Of a DNA stretch of 64,000 nucleotides, positions 26,847 to 36,160 are shown piece after piece. The DNA lies in NCBI GenBank assembly GCA_045613785.1, contig JAZLBQ010000004.1:64001-128000 (forward strand), read 5' to 3'. The translations under genes were made by a program, and so were the position numbers. Each line of letters starts with the position of its first letter. The first letter of the stretch is position 1. This DNA comes from Candidatus Enterousia sp. (GTDB lineage Bacteria > Pseudomonadota > Alphaproteobacteria > Rs-D84). The notes below the pieces were generated by a model. That model was not told the DNA's origin and ran no database searches. It saw only the letters and a program-made list of their open reading frames with translations.

Positions 26847-27725
26847 TTATTCTTCACCGAAATCCATATTACGCAGTTTTTCTGCCCGTGGGGCGATTTT
26901 GCCAACAGAAATTTGAATTTTATCCAGGTCTGCATTAGCCAGTGCAAAGTGTTTTTCAATATCGTTTGCCCGCTCGTTCAGACGGGTTAAATCGCCCAAC
27001 AGTGCGTCTAGTTCTGTTTTTATCTTTGCGGCAACACGTTTTATCTTGATATCAGACAATACTGCCCTGATTGTGTTTAACGTTGCCCACAGTGTTGCAG
27101 GTGATACAATAAATACTTTCTGGTGTGCTGCATAATCAATTGTTGCTGGAAAGTTTCTGTGCAGCAATTCGAAAATAGATTCCGATGCGATAAACATCAT
27201 TGCGGATTCTGCAGTTTGACCAGGGATAATATATTTTTCTGCGATTGCATCAATATGTCTTCGAACATCTTGTTCGAATTGTTTTTTTGCCAAGGCATCA
27301 TTACCGTCTGCCATCATACGGTTATAACTTTCAAGTGGGAACTTGCTGTCAATTACCATGTCGCCGGGTGGATAGGGCAATCTGATAACACAGTCTGGTC
27401 GCACGCCGCCTGGCAAAACGTGTTGAAATGCGTATGTTTCAGGTGGCATAATATCCCGCACCAAATCTTCCAGTTGACGTTCGCCAAATGTTCCACGTGC
27501 TTGTTTGTTTCCCATCAATATATTTTTAAAGTTTGCGATGTCGGCACTTATATTTTTCAGTTCAATAGCATTTTGGTTCAAAGCCCCCAATCGTTCTGCC
27601 AATCTTTCACGCAGGCGTGCATTATCTTCACGCAGTGGCGAAAAGTCTAACACAGGGCGTCGCATTAAAATAGCCAGCAACAATAAAATAATAATGAATA
27701 ACAATACAAAAATATAAGTTGTCAT
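26847..27725 (-). CDS. rmuC: DNA recombination protein RmuC
   Basis: NKQARGTFGERQLE, RPDCVIRLP, IDSKFPLE, VSPATL. Confidence 0.95.
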   Translation of the reverse strand: MTTYIFVLLFIIILLLLAILMRRPVLDFSPLREDNARLRERLAERLGALNQNAIELKNISADIANFKNILMGNKQARGTFGERQLEDLVRDIMPPETYAFQHVLPGGVRPDCVIRLPYPPGDMVIDSKFPLESYNRMMADGNDALAKKQFEQDVRRHIDAIAEKYIIPGQTAESAMMFIASESIFELLHRNFPATIDYAAHQKVFIVSPATLWATLNTIRAVLSDIKIKRVAAKIKTELDALLGDLTRLNERANDIEKHFALANADLDKIQISVGKIAPRAEKLRNMDFGEE

Positions 27726-27766
27726 TTCCTAATCCTTTGCTATGATTATTATAAGAGGTTTTAATA

Positions 27767-28267
27767 ATGTTGCAAATGAAACTTTGTGGTGATTTAGTTT
27801 TACGAACAGTTTGTTCGCCTGTTGAATCCATAACGCCTGATTTATTGGCGACAATGGACGAAATGGTTGAAATGATGCGTGAACAGAACGGGGTCGGCTT
27901 AGCGGCACCCCAGGTTGGTATTCTTTCACGTTTTTTGGTAATGATGGATCCGGACAGTGAAACGGTTTATCGCATGATAAATCCACGTATTTTATCACAC
28001 AGTTCTTCGACTTGCACAATGGAAGAAGGTTGCTTGTCTGTTTTGGGGATGGACGGTTTGCCAGTTTATGCAAATGTTACACGTCCTGACAGTGTTATCG
28101 TTGAATGGACAGATGAAGCAGGTGAAACAAAGACTGCTCAGATGTCTGGTGTTCCTGCTAGGATTGTTCAGCACGAAACAGACCATTTGGACGGAAAGTT
28201 GTTTGTTGATTATTTATCTCCTTTGCGTCGTGAAATGGTTATGCGTAAAGTAAAAAAACGGAAATAA
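27767..28267 (+). CDS. def: Peptide deformylase
   Basis: GVGLAAPQVG, EGCLS, QHETDHLDG. Confidence 0.98.
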   Translation: MLQMKLCGDLVLRTVCSPVESITPDLLATMDEMVEMMREQNGVGLAAPQVGILSRFLVMMDPDSETVYRMINPRILSHSSSTCTMEEGCLSVLGMDGLPVYANVTRPDSVIVEWTDEAGETKTAQMSGVPARIVQHETDHLDGKLFVDYLSPLRREMVMRKVKKRK

Positions 28268-28268
28268 A

Positions 28269-29075
28269 ATGAAGTTAGTTTTAATGGGAACAAACGCATT
28301 TGTCGTCCCTATTTTTGACGCTATATTAAAAGCAGGCCATGAAATAGAGGCTGTATTTACTCGTGCTCCAAAACCAACAGGACGCAAGCGGATTTTAACA
28401 CCATCACCGGTTCACACCTGGGCAAATGAAAACGGCTTGCAGGTTCACACAAGTATCAAGGAATATAATTATACCCCAGATATGGTTGTTGTTATATCAT
28501 ACGGTGTTATTTTGCGTGAAAATGTTCTAGGGTCTGCACCGTGTGTAAATCTGCACCCTAGCTTACTGCCAGCGTATCGTGGACCGTCGCCAATACGCAC
28601 AGCGATTTATAGCGGGGATAAAAAGTCGGGTGTATGCCTGATGACAATGACACCAGAACTTGATGCAGGCGATGTCTTTGCGTGCCGTGAATTTGAAATC
28701 GGTATTGATGACACTAATGATGACATAGAACATCGTGTTTCCGAAATAGGCTCGCAAATGTTGGTTGAATACTTGTCGTCGCCATCAGCCTATGTTGCAG
28801 AACCTCAGGTTGGTAATCCTACGTTTACATGCAAGTGGACTGGCGATGATGAAATAATAGATTGGTCGAAATCTGCCAGTCAAATTCATAACCAGATTCG
28901 TGCGCTGGGTTGTGGTCGCACGACTATAAACGGTATTGAAGTCAAAATCTTAAAGACCAAGTTAAATGGCGGCACATTGGAAATAGTGCAATTGCAACCT
29001 GCTGGTAAGAAACCGATGGACTGGAAAAGTTTTGTAAATGGTCTGCATGGTGCACCGACAAAATTAGGGGAATAG
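28269..29075 (+). CDS. fmt: Methionyl-tRNA formyltransferase
   Basis: LMGTNAF, NLHPSLLPAYRGPSPI, LDAGD. Confidence 0.96.
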   Translation: MKLVLMGTNAFVVPIFDAILKAGHEIEAVFTRAPKPTGRKRILTPSPVHTWANENGLQVHTSIKEYNYTPDMVVVISYGVILRENVLGSAPCVNLHPSLLPAYRGPSPIRTAIYSGDKKSGVCLMTMTPELDAGDVFACREFEIGIDDTNDDIEHRVSEIGSQMLVEYLSSPSAYVAEPQVGNPTFTCKWTGDDEIIDWSKSASQIHNQIRALGCGRTTINGIEVKILKTKLNGGTLEIVQLQPAGKKPMDWKSFVNGLHGAPTKLGE

Positions 29076-29080
29076 AAAAA

Positions 29081-29287
29081 ATGGCAAATGAAAGTGATTT
29101 AAAGAACACAGAAAAAATATGCAGAAATTGCGAACATATGCGTGAACACACAGATAAAAAAGGCGAAAAGCATTTTTTGTGTTATCAGGCTGGTGAATTA
29201 AATGTGTTTTTCTTTGGTCCGCTTCGGGTCAGCACGCAAGACACCTGCAAGGATTTTCTTTATAAAGCAACTCAAAACACACGCTAG
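29081..29287 (+). CDS. Small hypothetical 4-Cys protein
   Basis: CRNCEH…LC…TC; tightly packed between fmt and truA. Confidence 0.65.
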   Translation: MANESDLKNTEKICRNCEHMREHTDKKGEKHFLCYQAGELNVFFFGPLRVSTQDTCKDFLYKATQNTR

Positions 29288-29293
29288 GCACAA

Positions 29294-30025
29294 ATGACAC
29301 GATACAAAGTTATTTTAGAATATGATGGCACAGATTTAATTGGCTGGCAGGAAAATCGCCAAGGGGATTCTGTTCAATCATTAGTCAAAGATGCGATTGA
29401 AAAATTCTGTGGTGCTCGTCCTGATGTTGTTGGTGCTGGTCGCACAGATTCAGGCGTTCACGCTGTTGCGATGACTGCGCATTTTGACATAGACGGCACA
29501 CATTCTGCCCAAACTGTTATGCATGCCTTAAATTTTTATCTGGTTCAAAGTCCTGTTCGGGTTTTGTGTTGTGAAATTGTTCCTGATGATTTTAATGCAC
29601 GCTTTGATTGTGTTGCACGTCATTATAAATACATTGTTCTAAATCGTGGTGCATCACCAGTATTGCAAAAGAACCGTGTGTATTGGGTGCCACGACCATT
29701 GAATGTTGATGCAATGCGAAGTGCGGTGGCACGTCTAATTGGTAATCATGATTTTACCAGTTTTCGTGCATCAGAATGTCAGGCAAAATCCCCTGTTAAA
29801 ACATTAGATAAAATTGAAATCACGCAACACGGCGATGAAATAATATTTGAGTTTTCTGCCCGTTCATTTTTGCATCACATGGTTCGCAACATTGTTGGCA
29901 CGTTGATTGAAATAGGACTGGGCAAGTCTTTGGATATTGATGAAATATTGGCTGCAAAAAATCGTTCTGCGGCAGGTCCAACCGCCCCCGCATCAGGCTT
30001 GTATTTTATCCGTGCAGATTATTAG
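29294..30025 (+). CDS. truA: tRNA pseudouridine(38-40) synthase
   Basis: EYDGT..GWQ, GAGRTDSGVHA, FLHHMVRNIVG, AGPTAPASGL. Confidence 0.97.
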   Translation: MTRYKVILEYDGTDLIGWQENRQGDSVQSLVKDAIEKFCGARPDVVGAGRTDSGVHAVAMTAHFDIDGTHSAQTVMHALNFYLVQSPVRVLCCEIVPDDFNARFDCVARHYKYIVLNRGASPVLQKNRVYWVPRPLNVDAMRSAVARLIGNHDFTSFRASECQAKSPVKTLDKIEITQHGDEIIFEFSARSFLHHMVRNIVGTLIEIGLGKSLDIDEILAAKNRSAAGPTAPASGLYFIRADY

Positions 30026-31941
30026 TTCCAGCGGCGTTTTGTAGTTGTGTATTTAACACGTCCGCCAGGATAAATTACAAATCCGCCTCGCAGAATTTTA
30101 TGACCGCAATTTTCTGATTTTATATCAAAGTATGACACAATATATCTGACGCTGTCGTCATTGCATAACGATTTAATGTTGTTCATCAGTGGAACAAACT
30201 TTTGAATATATACGATATCGTTATATCGATAGACGCCTTTGTTGTGCTTGTATCGTTTGTTTGGTGTGTTTGTGGCTTCTCCGTTAAATTTCTTCCAGGT
30301 TTCAAATGCAAAATAGTGATTTGATGAACGGGATTTATTAAATTCTAGTTTGCCGTTATCATCGACAAACGCAACCAGTTCATTATCGTCAGTCGTCCAG
30401 AAAATTGGCTTTGGATTTGTCTGGACTAAAACAATTCCGATTCCAACAAACAGTGCAAATAAAACGCAGTTTATTTTCATCTTTATATTTCGAATTAAAA
30501 TCAGACACATAAAACCGACAATAAAGCAAATCATTGCATTGTTTGGAATGTGTGGCATATCTATGTTTGTCAATGGTAATTCTGAAATGCTGCGTGCGAT
30601 ATTCAGTGTTGTATCGTAAATCAAATGAGCCAGTTTTATTGGGGATAATATTCCAAACATTCCTGTAATTGTTCCAATCATAACCAGTGGCATAATTGCA
30701 ACCGAAAATACAGGCAGTAAAATCAGGTTGCCAATCAAACTGTATGTTGGCAATGTTCCAAAGTGTGCCGCCACAAATGGGGCGGTAAACAGTGTGGCCA
30801 CCAGTGAAGTCAAAAGCATTGCATAAATTATTTTCAAGATTTTGTTTTCTGGCATCTTTGGTTTGATTTCATAATACAGCCAAATCAATCCGAATACTGC
30901 AGCAAACGACAGTTGAAATCCTGCCTGCATAACATAGTGTGGGTTTATCAAGAAAGTTGCACAAAATGCCAGTGCTATATTTCGCATTGAAAACGCACTG
31001 CGTCCAAATATAAAGGCCATAAATACCAATGTTGTCATCAAGAAAGCACGAATTGTTGCGACATCACAGCCGGACAAAAATAAATATCCAACCAGCCCAA
31101 TCCACGCACATAATATTCCTGGAATTTTAGCCGGCACCCGTCGCACAATCCATGGCACAGCCCGAAACAAGGAAACGAAAATCAAAAACAACCAACCACC
31201 AACCAATGTCATGTGAAATCCACTGATTGACCAAACGTGGCCAATGCCACTGCTAACCCAGATAGCAGCATCGTTTTCTGGAATTACGTTTTTATAGCCT
31301 AATACTAAACTGTCAACCAGAAAAGAATTTGTGTTGTTGTGAATATTGTTTCTGAACTTGTTCAGACTGTATTTAGTGTTATTTTCAATTACCTGAATGT
31401 TGTTTGCGTATCCTGTCGCACTTAAATTATTAAAATATGCCCAGCGTGCATAGTCAAATGTTTCAGGTGCTGTTGCGGCTGATGGTTTGAATAATCCAAC
31501 ATTTGCACTAACTACGTCACCAATCTGGGGCAGGGCAATATTATCACCAACAGAAACTCGCACGATTGCATCGCCAGTTCCAGCTTTGATATCTTCTGCA
31601 TTGGTGCTCAGATAAATTCTGCTTTTATCATCTGTAAAATCAATTTTCTGAACTGTTCCAGTGATGTCCAGATTATGTAAGTTGCGTTTTATAACAGGTG
31701 TGTTGACAAGATTTGTATAAGCATTCGCATAACAAAAACCGAAAGCAAAAATAAATATTGCCCGAACCAGGGTTGGAATTTTATTTACGGTCGCAAGTGT
31801 GATTAAAATCAGTGATAAAATTCCGGGGCAAAATAAACCAGGTTCTGTTGTCAGTGAAAAATACAAAGCCGCCCCTGCGGCCATCAGAAATGGCACGAAC
31901 AGAAATCTGTTTTGTTGTTGAAGATTCAACCATTTTCGCAT
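30022..31941 (-). CDS. comEC: ComEC/Rec2 DNA-uptake channel without beta-lactamase domain
   Basis: FDYARWAYF, GIGHVWSISGFHM, RAFLM, GFQLSFAAV; start likely ATG 31941. Confidence 0.93.
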   Translation of the reverse strand: MRKWLNLQQQNRFLFVPFLMAAGAALYFSLTTEPGLFCPGILSLILITLATVNKIPTLVRAIFIFAFGFCYANAYTNLVNTPVIKRNLHNLDITGTVQKIDFTDDKSRIYLSTNAEDIKAGTGDAIVRVSVGDNIALPQIGDVVSANVGLFKPSAATAPETFDYARWAYFNNLSATGYANNIQVIENNTKYSLNKFRNNIHNNTNSFLVDSLVLGYKNVIPENDAAIWVSSGIGHVWSISGFHMTLVGGWLFLIFVSLFRAVPWIVRRVPAKIPGILCAWIGLVGYLFLSGCDVATIRAFLMTTLVFMAFIFGRSAFSMRNIALAFCATFLINPHYVMQAGFQLSFAAVFGLIWLYYEIKPKMPENKILKIIYAMLLTSLVATLFTAPFVAAHFGTLPTYSLIGNLILLPVFSVAIMPLVMIGTITGMFGILSPIKLAHLIYDTTLNIARSISELPLTNIDMPHIPNNAMICFIVGFMCLILIRNIKMKINCVLFALFVGIGIVLVQTNPKPIFWTTDDNELVAFVDDNGKLEFNKSRSSNHYFAFETWKKFNGEATNTPNKRYKHNKGVYRYNDIVYIQKFVPLMNNIKSLCNDDSVRYIVSYFDIKSENCGHKILRGGFVIYPGGRVKYTTTKRRWN

Positions 31942-32018
31942 GGAAAAAGTATAGGAATTTATTAGATTGCATATCAATGAAATTTTTCGTATGATGAAAG
32001 TCCATAAGGGGGCAGCTT

Positions 32019-33593
32019 ATGGCAAAATATATATTTATTACTGGTGGGGTTGTATCAAGTTTAGGCAAGGGCGTCGCAGCGGCAGGTTGCGGTGCCCTTC
32101 TTCAATCACGGGGTTACAGTGTTCATGCACGAAAATTTGACCCGTATTTGAATGTTGATCCGGGGACTATGTCGCCGTTTCAGCATGGCGAAGTTTATGT
32201 TACAAACGATGGTTATGAAACAGACCTTGATTTAGGTTATTACGAGCGTTTTCTAGGGGTAAAGTTATCACGTTGTGATTCTGTATCTGGGGGTCGAATT
32301 TACTGGGATGTTTTGAATGCAGAACGTCATGGCACATATTTAGGATCTACGGTTCAAATGATTCCGCATGTGTCAAATAAAATCAAAGAATATATATCTG
32401 CACCAACTGACACTGATTTTGTAGTTTGTGAAATTGGTGGCACTGTTGGCGATATCGAAGGTAAAATATTCCTAGAATCTATTCGTCAGTTTGCGAACGA
32501 TGTTGGGCGACGCAATGTAATGTTTGTTCATTTGACGCTTGCACCTTATTTGGAAAAGTCGGGGGAATTAAAGACAAAGCCTACTCAGATGTCTGTTCGT
32601 CAGTTGTTAGAGCATGGGATTCAGGCGGATATGTTAGTCGTTCGAACACCACGTATGCTAACGCCTTCTGAACGAGATAAGATAGGTATGTTTTGTAATT
32701 TGCCATCAAAAAATGTAATCAGTGGCATAGATGTTGATAACATATACAAGATTCCATTGGCGTATGAATCTCAGCATGTTTTTGATATTATTGCAGACCA
32801 CTTTGGATTACCAAATGCCCGTGGCGACAACGCGCGCTTTGAACGCATAGAACGGTATTTGTCGGCGGATTTGCCAACGATAACTATTGGGGTTGTTGGT
32901 AAGTATTTTAATGTTCCCGATGCTTATAAATCGCTAAACGAAGCATTGTTTCATGCGGGGATACAAAATAATGTTCATGTAAAATTAAAAAAGATAGATG
33001 CCGAAACTTTTTCGCCCGAAGACTGTCGTGATGTTGACGGTATTTTAGTTCCTGGTGGTTTTGGTGTTCGTGGTGTTTCTGGCAAGATAGCGGCTGCAAA
33101 ATACGCTCGTGAAAATAATGTTCCATATATGGGGATATGCTTGGGGATGCAGGTTGCGGTTTTAGAATTTGCGCGAAATGTTTTGGGAATAAGCAATGCG
33201 GATTCGACTGAATTTACCAAGGATTGCACTCCGGTCATAGATATTATTGCGGCACATGATAAGGAAGACCTAGGTGGAACGTTGCGTCTTGGGGCATATC
33301 CTTGTGAAATTACACCGGGAACGTTAGCACATCGTGTGTTTGGTGCGACAAGTATATCAGAGCGTCATCGTCATCGCTATGAAATGGATATTAGTCTTGA
33401 AAAGCGTTTTGCAGATGCCGGTCTGATAATATCAGGACGCAGTCCAGATGGCAAATTGCCAGAGATAATTGAATTAAAAAATCATCCGTTTTTTATTGCA
33501 GGACAATTCCATCCTGAATTTCAATCAAGTCCATACACTGGTCATTCGATGTTCAATGCTTTCATAGGGGCGGCGATGCGTCGCAGTGAATAG
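32019..33593 (+). CDS. pyrG: CTP synthase
   Basis: ITGGVVSSLGKG, DPYLNVDPGTMSP, GICLGMQ, ERHRHRYE, QFHPEF. Confidence 0.98.
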   Translation: MAKYIFITGGVVSSLGKGVAAAGCGALLQSRGYSVHARKFDPYLNVDPGTMSPFQHGEVYVTNDGYETDLDLGYYERFLGVKLSRCDSVSGGRIYWDVLNAERHGTYLGSTVQMIPHVSNKIKEYISAPTDTDFVVCEIGGTVGDIEGKIFLESIRQFANDVGRRNVMFVHLTLAPYLEKSGELKTKPTQMSVRQLLEHGIQADMLVVRTPRMLTPSERDKIGMFCNLPSKNVISGIDVDNIYKIPLAYESQHVFDIIADHFGLPNARGDNARFERIERYLSADLPTITIGVVGKYFNVPDAYKSLNEALFHAGIQNNVHVKLKKIDAETFSPEDCRDVDGILVPGGFGVRGVSGKIAAAKYARENNVPYMGICLGMQVAVLEFARNVLGISNADSTEFTKDCTPVIDIIAAHDKEDLGGTLRLGAYPCEITPGTLAHRVFGATSISERHRHRYEMDISLEKRFADAGLIISGRSPDGKLPEIIELKNHPFFIAGQFHPEFQSSPYTGHSMFNAFIGAAMRRSE

Positions 33594-33620
33594 TTGGATG
33601 ATAAGAACTTAAAACTGGGT

Positions 33621-33657
33621 AAAAATGCACCGTCGGCAATTACTTGCCGACGGCTGC
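33621..33657 (-). terminator. Terminator for the 111-aa gene (may also serve pyrG)
   Basis: 10-bp stem CCGTCGGCAA/TTGCCGACGG with T run on the minus strand. Confidence 0.7.
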
Positions 33658-33714
33658 TCCCTTCCTTCCGGTTGTCCGGAAACTGTTTGTCCTGTTTCGC
33701 GCAATGTTTTGTTA

Positions 33715-34050
33715 TTATGCGGCCATTGCGATGTTGGACTTTGAATTGTTGTCTGCTGCGTCCATGATTTTCTTGGCTTCTGCGAAAACCATTTCTTTTA
33801 CACGCAGTGCTAATGTTTTTGTATCCATTGTTTCTGCAGCGATATCAAAATTGTCTGTGCGAATCTGTAAAGAAACATAAGCACCAACCAATGAAGCACG
33901 TGCCAAATCTTCGATAGAACGAGGTGCGTTGTTGTGTCCGATTTTTAATTCGTCTGCCAAAGAGATAATTTGACGATCTTCGTTGACCCAAACTGTGGTT
34001 GTCAGGACTTGGTTCAGGGCTATCATAATTTCTTTAATGTTCTGTGTCAT
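33715..34050 (-). CDS. Hypothetical protein with ssrA-tag-like C-terminus (…AADNNSKSNIAMAA)
   Basis: 111-aa ORF, strong SD AAGGAGG, double TAA stop, own promoter and terminator. Confidence 0.85.
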   Translation of the reverse strand: MTQNIKEIMIALNQVLTTTVWVNEDRQIISLADELKIGHNNAPRSIEDLARASLVGAYVSLQIRTDNFDIAAETMDTKTLALRVKEMVFAEAKKIMDAADNNSKSNIAMAA

Positions 34051-34230
34051 GCGCGTTTCCCCTCCTTTCTGGGCGTATGTTGTAAAAATTATCTTGTTTT
34101 TTGTGTAAATACGTTGGTATTTACAAAACTGTCAGACAATTTTTAATTTTGTTTTTATGTTTTCCTAAAATACTGCGGTTTCTAGCGGTTTTTCAGGGTT
34201 TTTATTTCTTCTTCTCTTGTCTATACAAAC

Positions 34231-34260
34231 ATCTTAGAACAAAAACGAATCGGAGGTCAA
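34231..34260 (-). promoter_or_regulatory. Sigma70-like promoter TTGACC-N18-TAAGAT with LexA-like GATT-N7-GTTC box and a GANTC site in the spacer
   Basis: Minus strand reads TTGACCtccGATTcgtttttGTTCTAAGAT. Confidence 0.55.
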
Positions 34261-34318
34261 GCACAAAATATAATTATTTTCATTTTATTTAAAATTTTTT
34301 TAATTTTGCTTTCTGTGG

Positions 34319-34380
34319 CATAAAATACCATAAAATATTTATAAAATGTCATTGACAACCATGAAATGCCGTGCTAGATT
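34319..34380 (+). promoter_or_regulatory. mraZ promoter TTGACA-N17-TAGATT overlapped by ~10-bp periodic repeats
   Basis: -35 at 34352-34357, TG-extended -10 at 34375-34380; CATAAAAT-like units at 34319, 34329, 34340, 34350, 34360. Confidence 0.55.
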
Positions 34381-34438
34381 CCTTATGAAGTCAAGAAAGG
34401 ATGGTGGGACAATCTCCCGAATTAAAGAAGATCATAAA

Positions 34439-34888
34439 ATGTCATTGTTTCTCTCATCTTATGAAAATCGTTTGGATACCAAGGGGCGGATTTCTGTTCC
34501 AGCGTCCTTTCGGGCTTCGGTTTCTGATGAAAAATTTGCAGGCATTGTTTTATATCGTTCCTTTACTAATAATTGTATCGAAGGTTTAACGCTGTCTCGT
34601 ATGGAGCAGATGGCAGCAGCAACTGATAAAATGGGTGTTTTTGACAGTGAATTAGACGATTTGACTGCGTTGTTATTTGCTGATGCACGCCAGTTGGCAT
34701 TTGATGTGACGGGGCGTGTTGTTATTCCAGCGGATTTGTTGGCACATGCTGGTATAACTGATACTGCGGTATTTGTTGGTCGTGGTAACAGTTTTCAGAT
34801 ATGGAATCCTGATGCGTTTCGTGCTGCCCAGACTAAATCTTTGGAAAATCTGCGTCGCACTCGTCCGAATATTAAAATAGGCGACTAA
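34439..34888 (+). CDS. mraZ: Transcriptional regulator MraZ
   Basis: FLSSYENRLDTKGRISVPASFR, FDVTGRVVIP, VFVGRG.SFQIW; start ATG 34439. Confidence 0.95.
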   Translation: MSLFLSSYENRLDTKGRISVPASFRASVSDEKFAGIVLYRSFTNNCIEGLTLSRMEQMAAATDKMGVFDSELDDLTALLFADARQLAFDVTGRVVIPADLLAHAGITDTAVFVGRGNSFQIWNPDAFRAAQTKSLENLRRTRPNIKIGD

Positions 34889-35002
34889 AAATCGGTTTGT
34901 TTTCTTTCTTGAAATAAAAATATCCCATTGGGGGTTCTTTTTTATGTTTGCGTGCAAGGGTGCAAAATGGTATAATAAATCAAAAGGAATAATGGGAAAG
35001 GT

Positions 35003-36097
35003 ATGAAGAAATTTAGTTTTTCTGCCGTGTTTGCTGGTGTTTTATGTTCGTTGCCAATGGTGGCGGGGGCGGCTTATCCTGCATATCCGTCGTATCAAGC
35101 GGCCGGTGCTAATAATCAGATGATGTATTTGCCGTCTGTGAACAGTCGTGTTGTGTCGACTGCGGCAGCTATGCCTGGGTATAATTCTGTTGCTGCGGCT
35201 CAGCCTACACGTGTAACTGGTGCATTACCTCGTGTTGGGACATCACAAACTTCGGCTGGTCGTCAATATTATCAGCCTGCAGATTATGATAGGTTGGCAG
35301 ACAGTGGTTTGTATGTTGGTTTGTCTGTTGGTTATACTGCATCAGTAATGGGGTCGATTTCGTCTGATTACACTGGCGAAGAAGATGCTTATACTGTTCC
35401 TGGTGCGTTCAAGGCAGCAGATTTTCAATCAGATACAATGATTCCGCTTCAGGTTTCTGTTGGTGCGGCATTAAATAATGATGTTCGTGTTGACTTTTCT
35501 TATTTGCGTTATTCTGGTTTGTCTTATCCAAACACTGTTCAGACGGACGATGGTGCCGGTGGTTATGTTGAGGCACAGGTTGATGGTGGTGCGATAACAG
35601 CTAACGCAACAATGTTGAACGTTTATTATAATATTGACTCGTATACAGGCTTTTTGGCTGGTGGTTCATTGCGGCCATATATTGGTGCCGGTGTTGGTAT
35701 TTCATTAAATACGATTGCGGACTATGTTGTTTATGACAAAACCTTTTATTCTGTTATGGATCCAGCCTATGCAAATGCAGGTCAGTTGACGGGTATTTCT
35801 GATATTTATGCATATCACAACGGTGGCACAAATGAACAGTTGGCCTTTATGTTAGAGGCTGGTATTACAACAGAACTAGAAGGTGGTATAAAAATGGACT
35901 TTTTTGCCCGTTATGCAAATCTTGGAACTGTAAAAACATCAGGCAGTATTGTTCTAAGTCAAATTGAATGGCTGGGTGATGGTGCAGGTGGTGAATACGA
36001 AGCACCGTATGACAGTGTATTTCATTATACGAATTGGTATGAAAGCGGCCGCCTTGGGTTGGTTGATGTTGGTGTTCGTTTAAGATTGCAGTTCTAA
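35003..36097 (+). CDS. Outer-membrane beta-barrel protein (opacity/OmpA-transmembrane-like) with inserts
   Basis: Signal peptide, GLYVGLSVGY, RPYIGAGVG, C-terminal VGVRLRLQF BAM signature. Confidence 0.8.
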   Translation: MKKFSFSAVFAGVLCSLPMVAGAAYPAYPSYQAAGANNQMMYLPSVNSRVVSTAAAMPGYNSVAAAQPTRVTGALPRVGTSQTSAGRQYYQPADYDRLADSGLYVGLSVGYTASVMGSISSDYTGEEDAYTVPGAFKAADFQSDTMIPLQVSVGAALNNDVRVDFSYLRYSGLSYPNTVQTDDGAGGYVEAQVDGGAITANATMLNVYYNIDSYTGFLAGGSLRPYIGAGVGISLNTIADYVVYDKTFYSVMDPAYANAGQLTGISDIYAYHNGGTNEQLAFMLEAGITTELEGGIKMDFFARYANLGTVKTSGSIVLSQIEWLGDGAGGEYEAPYDSVFHYTNWYESGRLGLVDVGVRLRLQF

Positions 36098-36160
36098 AAG
36101 AAATAATCGCACCGGGCTGATGCCCGGTTGTGTTGATTTGTTGCGGCAGGGGGCAATATA

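Noticed and set aside
33600-34100. tmRNA (ssrA) gene suggested by the tag-like peptide
   Set aside because: No GGGG-type 5' acceptor strand, T-arm or CCA end found on either side; the tag is in frame with a 111-aa ORF that has a strong SD
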